DNA of 64,000 bases from Bacillota bacterium (GTDB taxonomy: Bacteria > Bacillota > Ch66 > Ch109): the NCBI GenBank assembly GCA_050952625.1, contig JBMNLH010000007.1, positions 85,165 through 149,164 on the forward strand, written 5' to 3'. The notes under the pieces are model-generated. The model was not told the DNA's origin. It saw only the letters and a program-made list of their open reading frames with translations, and did no database searches. A program made the translations under genes and the position numbers. Below, one piece after another: positions 42,135 to 51,933 of the stretch (position 1 is the first letter of the stretch; each line of letters opens with the position of its first letter).

Positions 42135-42917
42135 TTATTGTATCTTTCCGTCAGATCCCCCTACCTGGAATTCACCTATTACAGTTTCCCCATCAACATC
42201 ATAAAGCGGAATAGTAAATCCCGCTAGAGATTTTTTTGTCATTTCTAAACATTCTTTTTCAGATGTAGGATCCTCCCCATCTAAATCTTTGGAATAAACA
42301 TATCCTACTGTTACTCCATCAACACCCATAGCTAGAATTAAATCCGGTTCATCATCTGGAGAGATAGCATCAAGCCCGCTTCCATAGGTTTGACCGTTCT
42401 TATTCACTTTGTAAGGTTGTTTCTGGGATTCTTCCTGAACGTTACCTGACTTGGCTGATGGCGCATATGGCCACCAATCAGTTGTATAACAATTATAGTC
42501 ATTCCAAAAGTTATTTGAAGCAGTGTAAACTCCAAATTGTCCTTGACTTCTCCAAGAACCATATGGGTTAGGAACTAAGGTTGTCCTGGCCATAACTTGA
42601 GTTGTTTCAGTATTAGTTACCCATCCAGATTCACGGTATAAAGCATCAATTCCATCGTACAATCTAGCTTTTGCCCGCAGGGTACTTACCGGAGTAGTTT
42701 GCCCACCAGACACACCTGCCCAAGTCTGCGCGCTTACCTCAGTTTGATAATAACCAGTAAGTTTAGATACTCCTGCATAAGTCTTATTATTATGATATAC
42801 ATATTTTGCAGAACTCTCTATAGTCTCTGCTAGTGCTAGTGCTAAAGGTGCCCATAAGACTAGAGAAGAGATAACTAATAGGGATGTCAGACACCTTCTC
42901 ATTTTTTTACCTAACAT
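42135..42917 (-). CDS. Secreted two-domain hypothetical protein
   Basis: Signal peptide, beta-rich Tyr/Thr/Trp domain, C-terminal YKVNKNGQTYGS...EPDLI...GYV...IPLYDVDGETVIGEF domain. Confidence 0.75.
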   Translation of the reverse strand: MLGKKMRRCLTSLLVISSLVLWAPLALALAETIESSAKYVYHNNKTYAGVSKLTGYYQTEVSAQTWAGVSGGQTTPVSTLRAKARLYDGIDALYRESGWVTNTETTQVMARTTLVPNPYGSWRSQGQFGVYTASNNFWNDYNCYTTDWWPYAPSAKSGNVQEESQKQPYKVNKNGQTYGSGLDAISPDDEPDLILAMGVDGVTVGYVYSKDLDGEDPTSEKECLEMTKKSLAGFTIPLYDVDGETVIGEFQVGGSDGKIQ

Positions 42918-43238
42918 TGTCTTACCACCTATCCTTTCTTTCCCACAATTAATAAAATTCTTAATTAATGCTATTTATATATAATAAATCACCTGCCTTA
43001 CATAATTATGACAGAGTATACTACGCAAAGTTCTATCAAAAATCCGTTATCTGTGATTTAAAGTTGACCAACTATTGCTTTCCTGAGGCATTATGTCTTG
43101 TGCACCTGTTGCACTAGCGAAAGTTGCTCCTGTAATCTAAGGGTAATTGCTAGCACAAACCAAAACCATGTAATAATTTGCTTATATTGTCCCGTTCTCT
43201 AAACATCATAAAATCTCCCCCCAAGAATAGTATTGATT

Positions 43239-43670
43239 CTAATAACATGTGGAAGAGTATAATGACTTGCTTTCCAACAGATTGCCGGAAGCGTTATAAA
43301 CTTTAGCCGTTGCACATACCCGATACGTACCGTTGACAACGTAATAACTCTCTTCTACAGTGGCAACAGAGACCCCGGTCGATGATGCGGACCATGTCTT
43401 GATTGTATTCCAACTACTACCGGCGGATTTTTGCAGTTCGACAGTAAGTATTGTTGTGTGCGAACTATCGTAAGCTGAAGCAAGCCCCATACAGGTGGCT
43501 TTTCCCGTCGAGTTGATCGATAACCCCGGACTTAATAGAGATATGTACGTCCATTGAGGAGCGACCACTCCTTGTGTCCCTACGTTTGTTGTCTGGCCAG
43601 CTGCGTAAGCCGGAACGATGCAGACAACAGTCATAAGGACAAGGATACCCAGGCAGATGAACTTTTTCAT
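43239..43670 (-). CDS. Secreted protein A, copy 3 (possibly DUF6147-like)
   Basis: Signal peptide, APQWTYI, ELQK..G.SW.TIKTWS, G.YRV; paralog of 55105-55536 with altered last residues. Confidence 0.8.
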   Translation of the reverse strand: MKKFICLGILVLMTVVCIVPAYAAGQTTNVGTQGVVAPQWTYISLLSPGLSINSTGKATCMGLASAYDSSHTTILTVELQKSAGSSWNTIKTWSASSTGVSVATVEESYYVVNGTYRVCATAKVYNASGNLLESKSLYSSTCY

Positions 43671-43705
43671 AAAATAAAACCTCCTTTAAAATATCTTTCA
43701 ATAAC

Positions 43706-43735
43706 AAAAGACAACCAAAGGAGGTTTTTGCAACA
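43706..43735 (-). promoter_or_regulatory. Candidate ECF promoter motif
   Basis: TGTTGCAAAAAC-N9-TTGTCTTTT; also at 46766-46795, 55572-55601 and 50159-50188 (+). Confidence 0.55.
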
Positions 43736-43780
43736 GATTTTTTTTATTTTTTTAGAAAATAATTTCTTCACTTATTTAAA

Positions 43781-43830
43781 TTTATTCTATATATTTTACC
43801 CCTTCGGCCATCTTTACCGCCATATCTTTC
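43781..43830 (-). pseudogene. 3' remnant of the anti-sigma gene (copy 3)
   Basis: Identical to 46841-46890 (KDMAVKMAEGVKYIE*). Confidence 0.85.
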
Positions 43831-44425
43831 CACATAATGCCAGATCCTTTGGAGCGTGGACTTAGGAAGGTTGGATATGCCTTCTACAGATTCTCTTCCG
43901 TACCTTATCATTATGGATATTAAACCGCCCAAGATATAATCAGATAACTCTACAAACCAGTTTCGCCAGCGGCCAATAGTGGACTCGTCCGTTGCGACCG
44001 TCAGATCGTCATTTCCGGTAATAACCGATTCAATGCTTTCGCTGCTATGGCGTTTATATGGAACCAGGATATCCGGAAGCTCGTGATGTATCCGATGGCA
44101 ATGACAACAACGAAGTCGACGGATAACTAGGACATTTTTATTTCCTGCGTCATTAATGAACCCGCGATGACGGCTGCCAATAACCTTCAATGACCCATTA
44201 CAGCATGGACAAGGATTCTGCTCCGCGCTCCTTACAAAAACACCCTTTTCAAGGTTTTCAATCAGTTCATATTCTGCTACAATGATCATACTAAGTAGTG
44301 GGGACGCCCCTGGTGCTTCTATTGGCGTGGAAAGCATCTTATAAAGGGGCGTCTTTTCCTTTCTGTATAATATGGTCATTATATACAGCAATCTCTGGTC
44401 AGGCAATTCCATCAGCTTTTTGACA
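43831..44425 (-). mobile_element. Remnant of a DUF6431-type transposon (first ORF, truncated)
   Basis: TGTCAAAAAGCTGATG end at 44425; ATG at 44289; CPCC.GSLKVIGSR...LVIRRLRC..C.RIHHELPDILVPYKR. Confidence 0.65.
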
Positions 44426-44442
44426 TTTTAGCTTGGCTCAGA

Positions 44443-44608
44443 CACCTTGACCAGCAATGAGTGCCAGCTATTGGTCTAGCCCCCTAGAAAGGTATTACAA
44501 AATTTGTTTAGCTCTACTGGCAAGCTCGGATAAAGAGAAAGGCGTTTTAGCGTGACAAGTTGCACTAAAACGCCTTTCCAGAGTCTTGTATATTTGGATT
44601 AATTACTA
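44443..44608 (-). repeat. Conserved cassette end with terminator (copy 2)
   Basis: CACCTTGACCAGCAATGAGTGCCAGCTATTG...TTACAAAATTTGTTTAGC...hairpin. Confidence 0.9.
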
Positions 44609-45352
44609 TTAATGTCCGGTTACATATATTTTCCATTCTCCGTTATGATGAAGGAACTTTAATTGATCTTCAGTGCGGTTCCTGAGCTCTATATCTACAT
44701 CTGCCACCCAAATCGTTCCTTTTTCCGATATTTTATCTTCTATTTGTTTCTGTGCCTTTAAAATTTCTTTGAAGTCCTCTTCCCTAAGTACTTCACGATT
44801 AATACGCTCCGGATGGTTCTGTGCCTCTATGACCTCGACGGGAACTTCTTCAATGGGAATTTCTTTAAAAGATATATTTTCATCTTCGAAAATTGGTCTT
44901 TCCCTCAATTGGTCGACCGGTATCTCTTTGACAGAAATAACCTTAGCAGAAGCAGAAATAATGGATGGCCCGGAATCATGAAGTATTTCATAAAGTTTCC
45001 TCTGGTCTCCTACAGATCCTCGGACATCCAAACAATATTTCATCATGCTATCAATATCTCCGCGCTGGTCAGCTTCAACGAAATTATTGATAACGGACTC
45101 AGCCTCTGCTAAGGTTAAAGTTGGGGGTTTCTCACTAATGTAATCAGCGTTGTACACTTCAATGGTTCTAATGCCATCAGCGTCGTGCACTTCAATGGTT
45201 CTAATGCCATCATCAGCGTCGTACACTTCAACAGTTCGAGTTGACGATTTCTCACTAGCATTTTTGGCAATAGCATTAAAAGAAAATCCCAAGATAAGGA
45301 TAAGACTAACAGCCAGTGTCAACGTAACCGTCCACTTGCGATTTATTTTCAT
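44609..45352 (-). CDS. Secreted/anchored partner protein C, NTF2-like (copy 2)
   Basis: Signal peptide; AESVINNFVEA..RGDIDSMMKY..DVR; C-terminal HNGEWKIY; 3x RT(V/I)EVx(D/N)AD repeat. Fold is inferred. Confidence 0.75.
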   Translation of the reverse strand: MKINRKWTVTLTLAVSLILILGFSFNAIAKNASEKSSTRTVEVYDADDGIRTIEVHDADGIRTIEVYNADYISEKPPTLTLAEAESVINNFVEADQRGDIDSMMKYCLDVRGSVGDQRKLYEILHDSGPSIISASAKVISVKEIPVDQLRERPIFEDENISFKEIPIEEVPVEVIEAQNHPERINREVLREEDFKEILKAQKQIEDKISEKGTIWVADVDIELRNRTEDQLKFLHHNGEWKIYVTGH

Positions 45353-45369
45353 TAATATACCTCTCCTTT

Positions 45370-45798
45370 CTAATTTTGATATATTTCTCCATAACCAGCA
45401 TAAGCTTGGTTCCCATTTGTGACCGTAATCTCAAGTGTAGCCGCACTATCTGCTTTTGGTGTACTACTCATTTCCGCATAAACAGCAGGACCAGAATAAT
45501 TATATACACTGGATGAGTAACTGCACCTACTGCCAACTCCAAAGACGTCACGAGTATAAACGGAATAATTTATGGTATAGGGATTATAGGGAGTGGAAGT
45601 TGACCACTGCCGCAAATTAATATACAAAGGATTCGTATTTGGAACATTGAAAGGTGCTGTTTTAATAAAATTTGTAATTTGAAAACTATAATCTTTAATT
45701 TGTGTCGCTTGTGCCTCTTTTATATCTGCATTGACAATCGTAGGAATAAGCATAGTAACTAACAAGAAACTAATAATCATGTAGCGTTTAACCTTCAT
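45370..45798 (-). CDS. Secreted variable protein B (copy 2, intact)
   Basis: Signal peptide (..IVNA); FNVPNTNPLYINLRQW; C-terminal YAGYGEIYQN. Confidence 0.8.
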   Translation of the reverse strand: MKVKRYMIISFLLVTMLIPTIVNADIKEAQATQIKDYSFQITNFIKTAPFNVPNTNPLYINLRQWSTSTPYNPYTINYSVYTRDVFGVGSRCSYSSSVYNYSGPAVYAEMSSTPKADSAATLEITVTNGNQAYAGYGEIYQN

Positions 45799-46294
45799 AA
45801 TCCAGCCTCCTTATTACTTTATTATCTTCTTACTTAATTATCAAGGTCGCTGTTCAAAATGAGTTACACCAATAAAAAGCAGTTAGTTAAAATCAACAAA
45901 TTTAAAGCATAGGCATCACCTCCTTTAATAAACTCTCGACATCTCCACAATGCTCCTATTTTCATGGTATTTCACTTTGTTTATCTTGAACCTACTCTCA
46001 GGATGTCCTTAAATCCTGGTAGCTTTTGTGTTTTCCGGCAGAGCAAAACAAACCACACGGGATTCTTTTTTCTCGGCCATTGGGATTCCACATCAGCTCC
46101 AGGCGGCTAACCTCCTAGGTCTCCCGGCATCAGCGTGCCTAATTCCTTCGTCCAGCCTATCCTAGAGATGGAACGTCAGTGATGCTCCCCTACGCTGGGT
46201 CAGTGCCCTCAAGGTGAAATTCAATCCTGCTGCACGGTCCTCGATTGTCAAAGTTTTTCCTAGTCAGACAAATTGACGATTATTGTCAACTAAT

Positions 46295-46730
46295 TCAATA
46301 TATTACCGTGGAAGAGTATAATGACTTGCTTTCCAACAGATTGCCGTATATGTTATAAACTTTAGCCGTTGCACAAACCCGATAGGTACCGTTAATAACG
46401 TAATAACTCTCTTCTACAGTGGCGATGGAGACCCCGGTCGATGATGCGGACCATGTCTTGATTGTGTTCCAACTACTACCGGCGGATTTTTGCAGTTCGA
46501 CAGTAAGTATTGTTGTGTGCGAACTATCGTAAGCTGAAGCAAGCCCCATACAGGTGGATTTTCCCGTAGAGTTGATCGATAACCCCGGACTTAATAGAGA
46601 TATGTACGTCCATTGAGGAGCGACCACTCCTTGTGTCCCCTACGTTTGTTGTCCCGTCAGTTGCGCAAGCCGGAACGACGCAGACAACAGTCATAAGGAC
46701 AAGGATACCCAGGCAGATGAACTTTTTCAT
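46295..46730 (-). pseudogene. Secreted protein A, copy 2, +1 frameshift
   Basis: Extra C in GTCCCCTAC (~46637-46640) versus GTCCCTAC in copy 3; split across two ORFs. Confidence 0.8.
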
Positions 46731-46840
46731 AAAATAAAACCTCCTTTAAAATATCTTTCAATAACAAAAGACAACCAAAGGAGGTTTTTGCAACAGATTT
46801 TTTTATTTTTTTAGAAAATAATTTCTTCACTTATTTAAAT

Positions 46841-49482
46841 TTATTCTATATATTTTACCCCTTCGGCCATCTTTACCGCCATATCTTTCTCCGTCTGGGC
46901 TCGAATCATAAACATGCGTTTATTCATTGACCAGATGATGGTAACCAGAGAGTTTTTCACGACAACGGTTCCCTCATGTCCGTTGATGCTGATGGTTTCA
47001 ATGACGGAAGCATTTTCCGTATCCAAAGCGGGCTTGTTGCCTTCACTTAATTCCATATAAGTTATAAACAAGCCCTGCGGATTTTTAAATTCGATTCTTC
47101 TTAAAAGTTCGCTATTAGAGCTATCACTGACTTTATATCCGTCCGGTATATAGGTCGGCACATAAGCATTGTGCCAATCTATAGCCACACTGCCCCCCCT
47201 CCGAACCATTCTCATTGTTCTTTAACTCAAAGGACGTATATTCCTGTTGGATTTCCATTAAATCCCATGTTCATCATGTCGCCCTAAACCTTTTTGATTT
47301 ATAACAAAAGGAAACTATTTCCACAAATTATGCGTTTAGTGATATCGGTTTGAGATAGATTTCTTCCGGGTTAAACCCGGCCCAACGGACCATATTTAAA
47401 GCTTGACGGTTAACATTATCCGGAAAATATCTCTGACCCTGAATACTTACTGTTTGAATAGTACCCAATACTTCCAGTATAGTTTGCACTGAAGGTCTGT
47501 CTGTACTTTTGTTTCCCGGTAATTTCACTGCTTCTCCTCGTTCCTTTAGGGCCTTGCGAACTCGGTACTCCAGGTAGGAAGCCAGCAGTAAGACCAGGAT
47601 AAACACGTAGCCTAGCGCATAAATTCGCTTCGGGTTTTCCAAGTATACTGGGCCTAAATATACGCGGTTTTTGAGGAATCGAAACTTGGTTTCAATTGAG
47701 ATCTGCCGTTTATACTCTAATAAAATCCCTTGATCATCGTATTTTTGACGATCTTTCACATTGGCGATCAGCACGAAGGTAGATTCCATTTGGAGCAGGT
47801 ACTGGTAAACCTCTGGTTTTATATCGCCAACACTGACTTCAGCGTGATATGTCGTGGTAATCGTCGGTTCTTCTCCATTGCGGGGTTTTCCTCGGTGACC
47901 GTAAGACTTTTTGACGCAGATCTGAACCGTTCCTTGAACCTCAAAGCCTTTTCGCTGGCATTCTTGAAGGAAGACATCTAAAGCAGCCTGGGCATCAGGT
48001 TCACAGGCAAAAGCCTTAGTTTTTAAGCCTTTACTCTGTTTAATTAACTCCTCTTTTTGCTTCCCGATCCGTTTTTGTAAGGTCTTTTCTTTCTGGGCTT
48101 CCAGGGAAGAGGAGTGAACTACCACAAAATCATAAGTGTGTCCTTCCAGTTCATGATGGACCAAATAGGTTCGGTAGTGAGAAGCCTTTTTCGAGTTGGT
48201 TTCACTGACTATCCCAATGTCATGCCAGGAGTTTTCGGCCCAGGCCAGTGTTTTTAGTTCTTTCGCCAGGTTATAGGTTTCCGGCAGTCGAGAGATAAAC
48301 TGAACGTGCTGCTTGGTCAGATTGGCTAAAGATTCGTTAGAGATCAGGGCACAGTCACCAACAAAAACGACATCCCGATAACCTTGGGTATCAAAGAACT
48401 CTTTCATTTTCAAGGCTGCTTCCGGGTTCCATTTGTTATCAGATTTGTTCCCAGAGAGCATTTCACCCATGACTACTTGGCCGTTTTGTTGCACTGCAGC
48501 CCCAATTTTGAATTGTTTAAGGTCCGGGCGCAGATCCTTACTGTGGCCTCTATTAATCGTAAAATCGTTGTATGGCTCTACATCATAGATTCCTTCGACC
48601 GATATGGAAGTAGTATCTAGATGAACCGTGGAGATATCTAAATTGTGAATATCAAGCATCACCAAGGATACCAAACTGATCAGTTTGTTCAAATCAACTT
48701 CAGCTAGTTTATCTAAGGCCCGGCCGTAGGCATGTTCGTTAAGCTGATCAATTGATAATTCCACATCGGGAAACAGGTTAGATAAATCCTGCTCAGCCCA
48801 AAATTGATGCACTTTCCATAAAGGCATCCGGCCGCAGAAGATACTAATAATGAGGGTTTCGATCAGGAGACCCGGAGAGATTTTAGAATTATCTTCTCTC
48901 CATAATACTATCTCGTTAACCAGTTCCCGAATCTTAGCTAGACGACAGAGCTTGGTGACTACCGGAACAGCCATTGGTTTAAGGGTCTTAATCCCAGCAA
49001 ATATTGACAATCGAATCAACTCCCAAAGAAATATCTTAGAGAGTTATATTCGACATAAATTTACCGGTCCCTGCCAGATACTGGACATTTTTTAAATATT
49101 TTTTCTGTAAAGTTTTGACATGCCGAATGCGGGTTAAATAATTCAGCACCCTTACTCTAACTGCTTGGACGGTCACCACGGTGGTGCATAGTATAACAAA
49201 TATGATCAGCATAGCAACTGCCACTCTGTTTAAGACCTTCAGAATGTGCTGCCTTCTGGCATAAGCCTTCGGCTTTTTAAGATGGACATCCAGTAATTGG
49301 CTGAATTTTTGGACTGCTTCCTTGGAAGGCAAAAATTCGGGATCATCTTTGAGCTTTTCTTTTTCTTCCAGAAAAAGCTGGCCTTCTTTTTCCGCTACAT
49401 CGTACATGACCAATTTAAACAGACTGTCTTCATATTCCTCGTATAGCTTTTTCCGAATTTGTTCCTGACTGTTATTTGGCAT
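46841..49482 (-). pseudogene. DUF4367-type anti-sigma factor, copy 2, interrupted by an IS and frameshifted
   Basis: Both halves match 55640-56404; C7 run at 47193-47199 versus C6 in the intact copy. Confidence 0.88.
47264..49133 (-). mobile_element. IS1634-family insertion sequence (transposase 47328-49019)
   Basis: HLDTTSISV.G.Y, GHSKD.RPDLKQ, IETKFRFLK; 6-bp TSD TTAAAT at 47258-47263 and 49134-49139; imperfect IRs CCC...TTC..CATGTC. Confidence 0.92.
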
Positions 49483-50044
49483 GCTTATTCATCTCCTTAT
49501 CCATGAGGTCTTTGGCTTTTCTTCGGGCTCGTGTCAAATACTGCCGGACGCTGTCCGGAGATATTTCAAAAATTCTCGCTATCTCCCGATCCTTCATTTC
49601 CAATATGTACTTAAAATACAACAGGTCTTTCTGCTTCTCCGGAAGCCTCAATATGGCATTACCCAGCTCTTCTATTTCTTCCTGATGGACGACCCTTTCT
49701 TCCATGGTATCTCCAAGGTTGGGGATCCTTTCCGCCAGATCCCGATCTTTTCCATAATACGTATGTTTTTTCTGTACATCACGGTGTTTTATAAAGTTAA
49801 TGGCTACACTCTTAGAAGTATAGACAATATAAGCAGTCCTTTTGCAACTGTCTAGAGTTCGAATTAAAGATATTTTTTCAATTAGTTTTATGAAAGTATC
49901 GTTGATCAAATCCTCCACATGGTTCGCGTCGTGGGTAATATTGTAAACAGTCTTTCGCACCAACCCATAATAATCATGATATAGATTCAGCATAAAGGCC
50001 TTACTCTCATCGCTTTCTATTGCGACGATTAACATCATGATCAT
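49472..50044 (-). CDS. ECF RNA polymerase sigma factor (copy 2)
   Basis: EDLINDTFIKL region 2; LPEKQKDLL...EIARIFEISPDSVRQYLTRAR region 4; overlaps the anti-sigma start. Confidence 0.92.
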   Translation of the reverse strand: MIMMLIVAIESDESKAFMLNLYHDYYGLVRKTVYNITHDANHVEDLINDTFIKLIEKISLIRTLDSCKRTAYIVYTSKSVAINFIKHRDVQKKHTYYGKDRDLAERIPNLGDTMEERVVHQEEIEELGNAILRLPEKQKDLLYFKYILEMKDREIARIFEISPDSVRQYLTRARRKAKDLMDKEMNKHAK

Positions 50045-50158
50045 TACGAATCACATCCTTTATTAGGATTATACATAATCCTAATAAGAATTTGTGATAA
50101 GACAATGAAGGAATCTCCAAAATCGTAAAATTGTGCTTAAGAATTTTTTTGCACTAAA

Positions 50159-50188
50159 TGTTGCATAAACTTTTAAAGATTGTCTTTT
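50159..50188 (+). promoter_or_regulatory. Candidate ECF promoter motif upstream of the divergent B/C pair
   Basis: TGTTGCATAAAC-N9-TTGTCTTTT; same boxes and spacing, different spacer sequence. Confidence 0.55.
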
Positions 50189-50546
50189 ATTGATAAGACG
50201 ACTTTAAAGGGAAATTTGCCCATTAAATAAAGGCATAAAATATTCCGGGTTTTTAGGAGATGTACTACCGCTCCGTTTAAACAGGTGTCACTTAAATACT
50301 CAAGGATTAACAGTTTGATATAAATAAATGGAAAGGAGGTGATGAAGTTGAAAATGAAAGGTCTAAGTTCCACCATATCAATTGAAGTAAGTATGGTGAA
50401 GCGAACACACTTACTCCTTTGGGCTCCCCCGATCATCAATTTAAACTAATCTTCGACCGGTTTATGAAAATGTTGTAATTTACCAGGAAGTTGATTTGTT
50501 TAATCAGTAAGAAAAATTGCAGAATTTGTGAAGGGAGATATTTTTT

Positions 50547-50984
50547 ATGAGCAAGAAGCATATTACTTTAACCGTTTTTCTTTTGGTTTTCCTGCTTAGC
50601 ATTCCGGTAATAACTAATGCACAAGATGATTCAAAAAATCTATTAAGTTCCAGATCAATGCTTGATAGTTATCAATTTTCGGGATTGTTGTCAAATAACA
50701 TTTACTCCCAGGACACCTTTAACACTAATGGAACCAATATACTGTTAAATTATCGGCAATGGGACAATGTTCCTCAATGTATCCAAACTGTTAGATACGT
50801 AATATGTAATCACGGTTATATTTATGATACCGACTATGTATACAATACCTCTGATGTCGATGATGAAAATCAGGCTTATCAAATGTATTTAGGAGCCCCA
50901 CCTGCCGGCACAGACAGATCATTAAAGATAATTAATGAAACTCGGGTATATCCCATTAGCGGTTTCGGAGAACTGTATGAATAA
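50547..50984 (+). CDS. Secreted protein B, divergent paralog
   Basis: Signal peptide; FNTNGTNILLNYRQW and ISGFGELYE align with FNVPNTNPLYINLRQW and YAGYGEIYQ. Confidence 0.75.
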   Translation: MSKKHITLTVFLLVFLLSIPVITNAQDDSKNLLSSRSMLDSYQFSGLLSNNIYSQDTFNTNGTNILLNYRQWDNVPQCIQTVRYVICNHGYIYDTDYVYNTSDVDDENQAYQMYLGAPPAGTDRSLKIINETRVYPISGFGELYE

Positions 50985-51023
50985 CGATACATCTATAAAA
51001 AAATAAAACGGGAGGAAATAACA

Positions 51024-51437
51024 ATGCGTATTCTCAGTCAAAAATACTCTTGGAAGATCGTTATTGTATTAGGAGCAATGTTAACTTTTGTATTCGCTGT
51101 ATATGCAGTAGCATCATCTGAACAAACCAAGGAAGAAACAATAGTAGAAACCCTATTAGATAAACATATTAGCGCTGTAAATAGTGGTGATGTTGATACT
51201 CTAATGAAAATGGCAATCGATGTAAGACAAAGCCCAGAAGAAACCCGAAAGCTCTACACTCGATTACGCGGAAAAGATAATTTCACTCCAGTATCTTATA
51301 CTATAAACAAAATAACTAAAGAAGGTGAGTATATATTAGTTGATACAACTTTTAAAATGAAAGATGGTCACACGGAGAACCCGACATTAAAAATTATTAA
51401 TCATGAAGGGGAATGGATATTTTATGTCACTCCGTAA
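51024..51437 (+). CDS. Partner protein C, short divergent paralog (NTF2-like)
   Basis: GDVDTLMKMAIDVRQSPEETRKLY and NHEGEWIFYVT align with GDIDSMMKYCLDVRGS..DQRKLY and HHNGEWKIYVT. Confidence 0.75.
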   Translation: MRILSQKYSWKIVIVLGAMLTFVFAVYAVASSEQTKEETIVETLLDKHISAVNSGDVDTLMKMAIDVRQSPEETRKLYTRLRGKDNFTPVSYTINKITKEGEYILVDTTFKMKDGHTENPTLKIINHEGEWIFYVTP

Positions 51438-51730
51438 TAAAGCTTAATAGTCAATATGTTTAATCTTAAAAATAGAATGAGTAGGAAGCGGATTACCTCG
51501 CTAATCCCAGGTTGACGAAATTTAAATAACTTTTCAGCCCTTGCGTCTTCCAGTAGGAAGTAGCAAGGGCATTATTTTCAGTTACTGAACATAATACTAG
51601 AACCCTCGAACCCTATACAGTTGGTAGAGAATATAAACGCCAGATTAGATTGAAACCAAGTTTAAATTCCTCAACAAGGATGCGGTTTCCGAATGTCAAC
51701 GACTTGTTGGGACAGGTAGGGAGGTAAAGC

Positions 51731-51933
51731 ATGACTGATTAAAATCAGGTGATGGTTCGAGCAGCCGGGGTGCTGATGGCGATAAGTGTTCTGGCCCGGT
51801 TAGCCGGGTTTATTCGGGAGCAGGCGATTGCTGCTAAGTTTGGCACCAGCATGGCGACTGATGCCTATGTGGTGGCTTATACAGTGGCGAATACCGTTTA
51901 TTTGATCAATCGGTGGGGCATTAGCCACGGTTT
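51731..51933 (+). pseudogene. murJ: 5' remnant of lipid II flippase MurJ
   Basis: VRAAGVLMAISVLARLAGFIREQAIAAKFGTSMATDAYVVA; early stop, frameshift, IS insertion, truncated near 53283. Confidence 0.8.

Noticed and set aside
43768-44412. 214-aa ORF as a single gene
   Set aside because: Chimera of transposon leader, truncated DUF6431-type ORF and out-of-frame anti-sigma tail
44443-44470. CIRCE element
   Set aside because: Only one half-site (GAGTGCCAG) is present
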